Source of the DNA: Candidatus Eiseniibacteriota bacterium
GTDB taxonomy: Bacteria; Eisenbacteria; RBG-16-71-46
Length of the DNA: 30,800 bases
Direction: 5' to 3'
Assembly (NCBI GenBank): GCA_031370785.1
Contig: JANMQY010000135.1
Location: forward strand, 1-30,800
In this document: positions 12,075 through 22,530 of the stretch, in pieces
How the letters are laid out: the number at the start of each line of letters is the position of its first letter
Numbering within the stretch: the stretch's first letter is position 1
Translations under genes and position numbers: made by a program
The notes under the pieces: model-generated
The model's input: the letters and a program-made list of their open reading frames with translations, nothing else
Databases searched by the model: none
Told to the model about the DNA's origin: nothing

Positions 12075-12205
12075 GCGCGGCCCCTTCGTCAAAGTGGAGT
12101 TTCTCTACTCGGGGGACCTGTGAGACTACACGCATGCACGGGTGCGCGATACGAATACCGCGCCCGCTCGACCTCTCCGGCACACTCGGGTAGCATCGCC
12201 GGTCC

Positions 12206-14326
<2,121 letters not shown>

Positions 14327-14329
14327 CCC

Positions 14330-15223
14330 ATGCTCGAATCCTTCGCGCTGCCGATCGTGAAATACGCGCTCTCCGAGGACATCGGCACCGGGGACATCAC
14401 GACGCTCAATACCATCCCCTCGGGCATCCACGCGCGCGCGGCGATCGTGATCAAGGAAGCCGGCGTCGTCGCCGGGCTCGATGTGGCCAAGCTCACCTTC
14501 CGCGAGGCGGAACCCACGCTCAAGTGGCGGCCGCTGCTGAAGGATGGCGACGTGGTCAAGCCCGGGGTCGCCGCGGCGCAGGTGCTGGGCGATGTCGGCG
14601 GCATTCTCAAGGCGGAGCGCACCGCACTCAACTTCCTCCAGCACCTTTCGGGAATCGCGACGCTCACCCGGCGCTTCGTGCAGAGGGTCGAAGGCACCGG
14701 CACCATCATCCTCGACACGCGCAAGACCACGCCAGGGCTGCGCTTTCTCGAGAAGTTCGCGGTGCGTTCCGGCGGCGCGGAGAACCATCGACTCGCGCTG
14801 TGGGACATGTACCTGGTCAAGGACAACCACGTGCGCGCGGCCGGAGGCATCACCGCTGCGCTCGAGCGCATCCTGCGCACCCGGCAGGGCGACCTGCTGC
14901 TCGAGGTCGAAGTGGAATCGCTCGATCAGCTTCAGGAGGCGCTGCGCCCGGAAGTCGATCGCATCCTCGTCGACAACCGCCCGGTCGAAGAGGTGAAGCG
15001 CGCGGTCGAGGCGGTCGACGAGTGGTGCAAGGCTCATCCGCCCGACAGCCCGCGCATGCCCAGGGGAGCGCGGCGCTGGCCCCAGGTCGAAGTCTCGGGC
15101 GGGATCACGCTCGAGACGGTGCGTGCCTACGCCGAGACCGGCGCCGACTACATCTCGGTCGGCCAGATCACGCACTCGGCCCCTGCGCTCAATCTGAGCC
15201 TGGAGATCGAGGAAGTTGGCTGA
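14330..15223 (+). CDS. nadC: Nicotinate-nucleotide diphosphorylase (carboxylating)
   Basis: EDIGTGDITT, AERTALNFLQHLSGIAT, DTRKTTPG, NHR, KDNH, EVEVE, EVSGGI, DYISVG and THSAP. Confidence 0.96.
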   Translation: MLESFALPIVKYALSEDIGTGDITTLNTIPSGIHARAAIVIKEAGVVAGLDVAKLTFREAEPTLKWRPLLKDGDVVKPGVAAAQVLGDVGGILKAERTALNFLQHLSGIATLTRRFVQRVEGTGTIILDTRKTTPGLRFLEKFAVRSGGAENHRLALWDMYLVKDNHVRAAGGITAALERILRTRQGDLLLEVEVESLDQLQEALRPEVDRILVDNRPVEEVKRAVEAVDEWCKAHPPDSPRMPRGARRWPQVEVSGGITLETVRAYAETGADYISVGQITHSAPALNLSLEIEEVG

Positions 15224-16058
15224 GCCCACGTTCGACCGCGCCGTGTACGCCGCCCGGCTGGCCACGCGCTCCTTCGGCCACCGCCTGATCGTGCGCGCCG
15301 AGGTCGAGTCGACCAACGACATCGCGTGGGATGCGATCGCCGAGGGCGAGCCCGACGGCACGACGGCGATCGCGGACGTGCAGACGCGCGGACGCGGACG
15401 CGCGGGCCGGGCGTGGCTCACCACGCCGGGAAAGGGACTGGCGCTCTCGATCGCGCTCTATCCGGGTTGCGAGCGGCGTCAGCAGGGCACGCTGCCGCTG
15501 GTCGCGGGGCTCGCGCTCGTCAAGGCGCTCGATCGGCTGGGCGTCGCCGCGCGGCTCAAGTGGCCGAACGATGTGCTGATCGGTGAGCGCAAAGTCGCGG
15601 GCATCCTGTGCGAGAGCCGGCGCGTGCCGCTCGGCGATGAGCTGGCGGATGTCGTCGTGGTAGGGGTGGGCGTGAACGTGACGCAGCAGGCGGACGACTT
15701 TCCGGCCGACATCTCCGCGGCGGATTTCGCAGGCGCGCAGCCGGCGTTCTCGCTCGCTGGAACCTCACTCGCGATGGAAGGTCATGCGCTCGATCGCGAA
15801 ACGGTGGCCGCCGAATTTCTCAACGCGCTCGAGCCGCTGTGGGTTCTGCATGCCGAGGGCGGGCGCGAGGAAGTGCTTGCTGCGTGGACCCGGCGCGCCG
15901 ACTTCTGGGGCCGCCCGGTCACGGTGCGCACGCCTTCGGGCGCCGTCTCCGGGATCGCGCGCGCTCTCGATCCGGACGGCGCGCTGATCGTGCGCCTGGA
16001 GAGCGGGGTCGAGAGCACGGTGCTGGCCGGCGATCTCGACGTGGCCTGGCCGGGCTGA
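15216..16058 (+). CDS. birA: Biotin--[acetyl-CoA-carboxylase] ligase (no N-terminal HTH)
   Basis: ESTN, QTRGRGRAGRAW, LKWPNDV, KVAGILCE and GVGVNV, plus a C-terminal SH3-like domain. Confidence 0.93.
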   Translation: MAEPTFDRAVYAARLATRSFGHRLIVRAEVESTNDIAWDAIAEGEPDGTTAIADVQTRGRGRAGRAWLTTPGKGLALSIALYPGCERRQQGTLPLVAGLALVKALDRLGVAARLKWPNDVLIGERKVAGILCESRRVPLGDELADVVVVGVGVNVTQQADDFPADISAADFAGAQPAFSLAGTSLAMEGHALDRETVAAEFLNALEPLWVLHAEGGREEVLAAWTRRADFWGRPVTVRTPSGAVSGIARALDPDGALIVRLESGVESTVLAGDLDVAWPG

Positions 16059-16067
16059 GGAGCGCGC

Positions 16068-16919
16068 ATGAACTACGCTCCACGCCCGACAGGCGACCCG
16101 CGTCCGAGCGACGATCCGCGTCCCAGCGATAACCCGCACCTGATCGGCGACCCGCGTCCGAGCGACGATCCGCGCCAGACCGGCGAGATGCCGTTCCTCG
16201 AACATCTGGAAGAGCTGCGCGTGGTGCTCTTTCAGTCCGCGCTCGCCTGCCTCGTCGGTGGGACCGCCGGCTGGTGGTTCGCGCCGCGCCTGCTCGAGGA
16301 CATCGTGCATCGCACCGTCGGGCACGCGATCGTGCTCTCGCCGCTCGAAGCCTTCAACGAGCGCTTCAAGCTGTCGCTGGTGCTCGGCCTGTTCGTCGCG
16401 CTGCCGTTCATACTGTGGAAGCTGTGGAGCTTCGTCGTCCCGGGCCTGATGAAGCGCGAGCGATCGTGGATCCCGGGAATGGTCGGCGCATCGTTCGTCC
16501 TGTTCGGGCTCGGAGCGTGGGCCTCGTACGACTACGTCGTGCCGCTCGTGATCCGGGTGCTGAGCGGATTCAAGACCGCGAGCATCGTGGAGCAGATCCA
16601 GTTGAGCGCGCTGCTCGGCTTCGTCTACAACATGGCGCTGGCCTGCGGCGTGGTGTTTCAGCTCCCGCTGGTGTGCATGACCCTGACCGCGATCGGGCTG
16701 GTGACGCCGGGATTCCTGCTGCGCCAGTGGCGCTTCGCGCTGGTCGGGGCGTTCCTGATGACCGCGATGATCACGCCGGGCGACGTCGTCACCGCGCAGA
16801 TCATCATGGGCGGGCCCATGGTGCTGCTCTATTTTGTGAGCGTGGCGCTGTCGTGGCTGGTCGCCAGGCGCAAACGCGAAGATGAAGTTAGGAAATGGGG
16901 GGAGGACCTCAATGCCTGA
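16068..16919 (+). CDS. tatC: Twin-arginine translocase subunit TatC
   Basis: MPFLEHLEELR, FVVPGL..RER, GVVFQLP and ITPGDVVT, with about six hydrophobic helices. GAGGAG SD. Confidence 0.93.
   Translation: MNYAPRPTGDPRPSDDPRPSDNPHLIGDPRPSDDPRQTGEMPFLEHLEELRVVLFQSALACLVGGTAGWWFAPRLLEDIVHRTVGHAIVLSPLEAFNERFKLSLVLGLFVALPFILWKLWSFVVPGLMKRERSWIPGMVGASFVLFGLGAWASYDYVVPLVIRVLSGFKTASIVEQIQLSALLGFVYNMALACGVVFQLPLVCMTLTAIGLVTPGFLLRQWRFALVGAFLMTAMITPGDVVTAQIIMGGPMVLLYFVSVALSWLVARRKREDEVRKWGEDLNA
16092..16183 (+). repeat. 18-bp-period tandem repeat in the tatC 5' end (DPRPSD units)
   Basis: Exact 29-nt copies of ggcgacccgcgtccgagcgacgatccgcg at 16092-16120 and 16146-16174, within about five degenerate 18-bp units. 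Confidence 0.85.
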
Positions 16920-17772
16920 TCGAAAGAAATCTCGCGTCAAGCGCCGCGCCGCACCGAAGGGTCGAGCTGCGGCGAAGCGCACGCGCGCGGTGCGCAAGCC
17001 GCGACCGCCTCGCGCGCTGATCACGGTCGATGTCGGCAACAGCGAAACCGTGGTCGGCTGGTTCCGCGGTCGCGAGCTGGACGGCTTCTGGCGCCTGACC
17101 AGCGGACGGCAGACCGCGGATGAGATCGAGATCGTGCTGCAAGGGCTGCTGCGCAGCCGGGTGTCTCACTCGTCGCGCACCGGCGCTGTGCTGTGCTCGG
17201 TCGTGCCCGCGCTGACCTTCGCGTGGGTCGAGGCGCTGGCGCGCGTGAGTGGAACGACGCCGGTCGAGGTCACTGCCGAGACCGCGAAGACGCTCCCGAT
17301 CCGCTATCACGACCGGAGCGCGGTCGGCGCCGACCGCATCGCGAACGCGATCGCCGCGCGCGGGCTGTACGGCACGCCGGCCATCGTCGTCGATCTGGGA
17401 ACGGCGACCACGTTCGATTGCATCTCGAAGAGCGGCGCCTACCTCGGCGGCGTGATCGCGCCCGGGGTCGGCACCTCGGCCGAGGAGTTGTTCCGGCGCG
17501 CCGCACGCGTGCCGCGCGTCGAGCTGCGGAAGCCCCTGCGCGCGATCGGCCGCACCACCGAAGAGTCGCTGCGCGCTGGCGTGCTGTGGGGCGCAGCCGG
17601 GCAGGTCGATGCGCTGGTGCGCCGCATCGCGCTCGAGATGAAAGGCACGCCGCACGTGATCGCGACCGGAGGCTGGGCGAAGGCCGTGGCGCCCGAATGC
17701 GAGACCGTGAACACGGTGGATGAGGCGCTCACACTCAAAGGCATGCGCTTGATCTGGGAGGCGAATCGGTGA
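16912..17772 (+). CDS. coaX: Type III pantothenate kinase
   Basis: DVGNSETV, GADR, VDLGTATTFD, GGVIAPG and IATGG. GGAGG at 16901-16905 before ATG 16912. Basic N-terminal extension. Confidence 0.93.
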   Translation: MPDRKKSRVKRRAAPKGRAAAKRTRAVRKPRPPRALITVDVGNSETVVGWFRGRELDGFWRLTSGRQTADEIEIVLQGLLRSRVSHSSRTGAVLCSVVPALTFAWVEALARVSGTTPVEVTAETAKTLPIRYHDRSAVGADRIANAIAARGLYGTPAIVVDLGTATTFDCISKSGAYLGGVIAPGVGTSAEELFRRAARVPRVELRKPLRAIGRTTEESLRAGVLWGAAGQVDALVRRIALEMKGTPHVIATGGWAKAVAPECETVNTVDEALTLKGMRLIWEANR

Positions 17773-19748
17773 GGTTAACAGCCTCCGACCACCGACGTTA
17801 CGCGGGCCTCCTTTTCGCGGCGGCGGTGTCAATGAGTCTGCTCGATGCGTGGACCGGCGCCAAAGCCGACAAGCCAACTGTCGATCCGCGCAAGCTGCCG
17901 CCAATCCCGGTTGAACGGCTGAACGAAGCGATTGCCGTGAAAGCGGGCATCAGCCCGAAGCACCTTGGCAGGGCGGCCTCGACGGCTGGAACCGACAGCA
18001 GCTACGAGATCGATCTGATTCGAACCCTCGCGAGCACCGAATACGACGGCCGCGGGATCAGCACGAAGGGCATCGATCGAGCCGCATTCCTTCTCGCGTT
18101 CGATATGCAGGCGTTTGGACTTCGCGGTGCCGGGAGCGAAGCGATCAACGACACGACGTGGGAGGGAAGGCAGCCGTTCGGCCAGCCGTTCGAAGTTACG
18201 ACCGGCGTCGCGGTCGGCGAACCCTGCGCGGTTGAGGTCGCCGGCCGTCGCTTCGCAGTCGGCGCCGACATGCAGCCGATCGGATTCTCGACCAACGGCA
18301 CGCTGCGCGCGCCGGTCGTGTTCGCGGGCTACGGGATCACCGCGCCCGGCTTCGCGTACGACGACTACGCCGGGCTCGATGTGCACGACAGGATCGTGCT
18401 CGTGCTCAGCAACGAGCCCGACGAGATGGATTCGACCAGCAAGTTCGACGGCAGCGTCAACACGCCGCACGCGGAGCTGCGCACCAAGGCGATCAACGCA
18501 CGCGAGCACGGCGCGCTCGGGATTCTCGTGGTCGACGGTCCGCGCTTTCATACCGGCGAGCCGCTGCGCGCACCGAGCTTGACTGGCACCGGCTACATGA
18601 GCAGCGGCCTGCTCGCCGCGCGCATTTCGGCGACGGCCGCCGAGGCGCTGCTCGCGCCGGCCGGGCTCGACCTCGCCACCGCTCAGCGAGCGATCGATGC
18701 CCACGAGAGCCCACACAGCCTCGCCCTGCCCGAGTCTGCGGCCGTGACCGTGTCGCTCAAGCGCACGCGGGCCATGGTGAAAAACGTGCTGGGCTGGATC
18801 CCCGGTCGCGATACGACGCGCACTCTGGTGATCGGGGCGCACTACGATCACCTCGGATTCGGGGGAGAGGGCTCGCTCACGCCCGACTCGCACGTGCCGC
18901 ACCTCGGCGCCGACGACAACGCTTCGGGAGTGGCCGCGATGATGGTCGTGGCCCGCGACCTCGGGCGCCGCGTGAAGGCCGGCTGGCGCCCCGAGCACAA
19001 CCTCGTGTTCTGCGCGTTTACCGGAGAAGAGAGCGGACTGCTCGGCTCCGCCCACTTCGTCGACGATCCGACCCGACCGCTCGAGAGCATTGAAGCCATG
19101 ATCAACATGGACATGGTGGGCCGGCTGCGGAACAACAAGCTGCTGGTTTCGGGAGTCGGAACGGCGGATGAGTTCTCGGCGCTGATCGCGAACGCGAACC
19201 GCGCTGCCGGCTTCGATCTCAAGACCTCGCAAGACGGCTACGGTCCGAGCGATCACTCTTCGTTCTACAAGCGGCAGATCCCGGTACTGTTCCTGTTCAC
19301 CGGGGCGCACGCCGACTATCACAAGCCGAGCGACACCTGGGACAAGATCAACGAGCGGGGACTGTGGCGCATCTCGCGGTTCGCGGGGGCGCTGCTGGAA
19401 TCGCTGGATGCGCGGCCCCGAGTCCACTACCGGAAGGCGGAGTCGGACAGCTCGATCGGCCGCATCGCCGGGGGCGGCGGGTACGGCTCGTACCTCGGCA
19501 CCATCCCGGACTACATGCAGACGGAGGGCGGCGTGCTGCTCTCGGGCGTGCGCACGGGCGGTCCCGCGGACCAGGCCGGACTCAAAGGAGAAGACGTGAT
19601 CGTGAAGTTCGACGGAGTGCGGATCGACAACATCTACGACTACACCTACGCGCTTCGCTCGCGCCGGCCCGGGCAGAGCGTGCGCATCACGGTCAAGCGC
19701 GCGGGGAAGGAGCTGGATCTGGTCGCGACGCTCGGGAGGCGGCCGTGA
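17769..19748 (+). CDS. Secreted M28 family peptidase with PA and C-terminal PDZ domains
   Basis: VFAGYGI...DDYAG (PA domain); GAHYDHLG, GADDNASG, GEESGLLGS, NMDMVGR, SDHSSF, HADYHKPSD (M28); YLGTIPDY...GPADQAGL...GEDVIV (PDZ). Confidence 0.9.
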   Translation: MRLTASDHRRYAGLLFAAAVSMSLLDAWTGAKADKPTVDPRKLPPIPVERLNEAIAVKAGISPKHLGRAASTAGTDSSYEIDLIRTLASTEYDGRGISTKGIDRAAFLLAFDMQAFGLRGAGSEAINDTTWEGRQPFGQPFEVTTGVAVGEPCAVEVAGRRFAVGADMQPIGFSTNGTLRAPVVFAGYGITAPGFAYDDYAGLDVHDRIVLVLSNEPDEMDSTSKFDGSVNTPHAELRTKAINAREHGALGILVVDGPRFHTGEPLRAPSLTGTGYMSSGLLAARISATAAEALLAPAGLDLATAQRAIDAHESPHSLALPESAAVTVSLKRTRAMVKNVLGWIPGRDTTRTLVIGAHYDHLGFGGEGSLTPDSHVPHLGADDNASGVAAMMVVARDLGRRVKAGWRPEHNLVFCAFTGEESGLLGSAHFVDDPTRPLESIEAMINMDMVGRLRNNKLLVSGVGTADEFSALIANANRAAGFDLKTSQDGYGPSDHSSFYKRQIPVLFLFTGAHADYHKPSDTWDKINERGLWRISRFAGALLESLDARPRVHYRKAESDSSIGRIAGGGGYGSYLGTIPDYMQTEGGVLLSGVRTGGPADQAGLKGEDVIVKFDGVRIDNIYDYTYALRSRRPGQSVRITVKRAGKELDLVATLGRRP

Positions 19749-20878
19749 ACCGGGCGCGGCTCACCTTTGCGCGGCTCGTCCCTGCGCGGCTTATGAGGTG
19801 GGCGCTCGTATCGATTGCGGTGTGGGCGCTTGCCCTGGTCGGGGTGCTGGCGCTCGCCGGCGCGTCACCTCGCCCTCGCGCGCCGGCGCCTGCGACCGCC
19901 GCCCCGGCGGACTCGATGATCCGTAAAGGCGAGACGCACTTCGCACATCTATGGCAGCTCACCTTCGGTGGACAGAATGCCGAGGGCTACTGGTCCGCGG
20001 ATGGAACGAAGCTCATCTTCCAGTCCACGCGCGACGGCTGGCCTTGCGATCAGATGTTCGTGATGAACATGGCGACTAAAGCGGTCAACCGGGTGAGCAC
20101 GGGCCGTGGACGCACGACCTGTGGATATTTCTTCGACCACGACCGCCACGTCTTCTTCTCTTCGACGCATCTCGAGTCCGACTCGTGCCCGCCGCCGCCC
20201 GACTACTCGAAGGGCTACGTGTGGCCGGTGGACCCGGGCTACGACATCTTCACCGCACGGTCCGACGGCTCGGAGCTGAAACGCCTTACCACTACTCCGG
20301 GATACGACGCCGAAGGCACTCTCTCGACAAACGAGAAGTGGATCGTGTTCACCTCGGAGCGCGACGGAGATCTCGACCTTTACAAGATGCACCCCGACGG
20401 ATCCGCCGTGACGCGCCTTACCAGCACGCCGGGCTACGATGGCGGTGCGTTCTTCTCGCGCGACGGAAAGTGGATCTGCTACCGCGCCGATCATCCCGCC
20501 GACTCCTCGATCGCCGAATATCGCGCGCTGCTGGCGCGGCACCTGGTGCGGCCCTCGACCATGAACCTGTGGGTGATGCGCGCCGATGGCAGCGGGGCGC
20601 GCCAGGTCACGCACGATCAGGGCGCCTCGTTCGCGCCCTTCTTTACGCGGGACGTTAAACAGATCATCTACTCGTCGAACCGCGAGAATCCGCACGGGCG
20701 CAACTTCGATCTGTATCTGGTGGACCTCGCCGGCGGCACGCCGCGGCCGGTGACACGCGATCCTTCGTTCGATGGATTTCCGATGTTCCGCCCGGACGGC
20801 AAGTGGCTGGTGTTCGCATCGAATCGCGGCGCAAAGGTGCGGGGCGAGACCAATCTGTTTCTCGCCGAGTGGCGCTAA
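19745..20878 (+). CDS. TolB-like PD40 beta-propeller protein
   Basis: GTG 19745 overlaps the M28 stop (GTGA). Signal peptide, then QLTFGGQNAEGYWS, PGYDAE, PGYDGGAFFS, FAPFF and FDGFPMF repeats. Confidence 0.85.
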   Translation: MNRARLTFARLVPARLMRWALVSIAVWALALVGVLALAGASPRPRAPAPATAAPADSMIRKGETHFAHLWQLTFGGQNAEGYWSADGTKLIFQSTRDGWPCDQMFVMNMATKAVNRVSTGRGRTTCGYFFDHDRHVFFSSTHLESDSCPPPPDYSKGYVWPVDPGYDIFTARSDGSELKRLTTTPGYDAEGTLSTNEKWIVFTSERDGDLDLYKMHPDGSAVTRLTSTPGYDGGAFFSRDGKWICYRADHPADSSIAEYRALLARHLVRPSTMNLWVMRADGSGARQVTHDQGASFAPFFTRDVKQIIYSSNRENPHGRNFDLYLVDLAGGTPRPVTRDPSFDGFPMFRPDGKWLVFASNRGAKVRGETNLFLAEWR

Positions 20879-20910
20879 CGCCGCGCCGATTCGACTCTCG
20901 GAGCTCGTGA

Positions 20911-22503
20911 ATGGGGAAGCGCATCGAATTCGACTCCGCGGCGCGTGACCTGCTGCGCCGCGGCGTGGACAAGCTGGCCGGCGCGGTGCGGGTCACGCTC
21001 GGGCCGCGCGGGCGCAACGTAGTGATCGATCGCGGCACTGGCATGCCGACCATCACCAACGACGGCCTGACCATCGCACGCGAGATCGAGCTCGAGGATC
21101 CGTTCGAGAACATGGGCGCGCAGATGGTGCTCGAGGTGGCGGTCAAGACCGGCGAGGTGGCGGGGGATGGCACCACCACCGCGACGGTGCTCGCGCATCG
21201 CATCATCCGCGACGGATTGAAGGCGATCACCGCCGGACACAATCCGGTCGCGCTCAAGCGCGGCATCGAGCGCGCGGTCGCCGCGGTCGTCGAGCATCTG
21301 AAGCAGCTCTCGCGCCCGGTCGAGACACGGGAAGACATCGTGCGCGTGGCCACGGTGAGCGCCAATGGCGACACGGCGCTCGGCGAGATGATCGCCCAGG
21401 CGGTCGATCGCGTCGGCCGCCAGGGCGTGATCACGGTCGAGGATGGGCGCGGCATGGAGACCACGCTCGAGGTGGTCGAAGGCGTGAGATTCGAGCGCGG
21501 GTATCTGTCCCCGTACTTCATCACGCACCCGGAGAGCATGGAAACCGCGTTCGACAGCGCGCTGCTCCTGCTCACCGATCTCAAGTTCAGCGGCGCGCGT
21601 GACCTCGTGCCCGCGCTCGAGCTGGCGGCCGAAGCCGGACGACCGCTGGTGATCGTCGCCGACGATGTCGAGGGCGAAGCGCTCGCAACTCTTGTTGTGA
21701 ATCGGCTGCGCTCCACCGTCGCGTCGGTTGCGGTCAAGGCGCCGCTCACCGGCGAGCGCCGGCGCGCGGCTCTGGATGATCTCGGCGTGCTGACCGGAGC
21801 GCAGGTGTTCACGCCCGAGATGGGCTCGACGCTCGACTCGCTTCGCCCGCGCGATCTGGGGCGGGTGCAGCGCGTGCGCATAGATCGTGACACCACCACG
21901 CTGGTCGGCGGCGGCGGCAGACCCGACGCGATTCGCGAGCGCATCGCGCAGGCCGAGCACGATCTGGCGGTGTGCGACACCGACTACGATCGCGACTGGC
22001 TGCGCGAGCGACTGGGCCGTCTGAGGGGCGGCGTGGCCGTGATCCGGGTCGGCGCGCCGACCGAAGTCGCGATGACCGAGCGGCGCTCGGTGGTCGAAGA
22101 TGCGCTGGCCGCGACCCGCGCCGCGCTGGAAGAGGGCGTCGTGCCGGGCGGAGGTGTGGCGCTGATCCGCGCCGAGCCGGTGGTGCACGCGCTCGTATGC
22201 GAAGGCGACGAGGGAGTGGGGCGCGACATCGTGCTCGCCGCGCTCGAAGCTCCGGCCCGGCAGATCGCCGAGAACGCAGGCGCCGACGGCGCAGTGGTGG
22301 TGGAGCGCATCCGCCGCGCGAAAGGCGCGCACGGGTTCGACGCCGCCACCGGGACCTACGCCGATCTCGAGGAGCGCGGCATCGTGGACCCGACCAAGGT
22401 GACGCGGGTCGCACTCCAGAACGCCGCGAGCATCGGCGCGATGGTACTGACCACCGACGCGATCGTGGTGGACGATGAAGAGGAAGAGGCGCCGCCGGAG
22501 TGA
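20911..22503 (+). CDS. groEL: Chaperonin GroEL family protein (divergent paralog)
   Basis: VTLGPRGRNV, ITNDG, AGDGTTTATVLA, GYLSPYF, EGEALATLVVN, VEDALAATRAALEEGVVPGGG and GIVDPTKVTR. No GGM tail and no adjacent groES. Confidence 0.92.
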   Translation: MGKRIEFDSAARDLLRRGVDKLAGAVRVTLGPRGRNVVIDRGTGMPTITNDGLTIAREIELEDPFENMGAQMVLEVAVKTGEVAGDGTTTATVLAHRIIRDGLKAITAGHNPVALKRGIERAVAAVVEHLKQLSRPVETREDIVRVATVSANGDTALGEMIAQAVDRVGRQGVITVEDGRGMETTLEVVEGVRFERGYLSPYFITHPESMETAFDSALLLLTDLKFSGARDLVPALELAAEAGRPLVIVADDVEGEALATLVVNRLRSTVASVAVKAPLTGERRRAALDDLGVLTGAQVFTPEMGSTLDSLRPRDLGRVQRVRIDRDTTTLVGGGGRPDAIRERIAQAEHDLAVCDTDYDRDWLRERLGRLRGGVAVIRVGAPTEVAMTERRSVVEDALAATRAALEEGVVPGGGVALIRAEPVVHALVCEGDEGVGRDIVLAALEAPARQIAENAGADGAVVVERIRRAKGAHGFDAATGTYADLEERGIVDPTKVTRVALQNAASIGAMVLTTDAIVVDDEEEEAPPE

Positions 22504-22530
22504 GGGTGAGACGGATGCCGAATCCCCTCC

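Noticed and set aside
12075..12205. LexA/SOS box upstream of uvrB
   Set aside because: No recognisable palindromic SOS box was found by eye, and the motif for this lineage is unknown to me.
16092..16183. Short repeats as a possible CRISPR array
   Set aside because: They are in-frame tandem repeats without unique spacers, and no cas genes are present.
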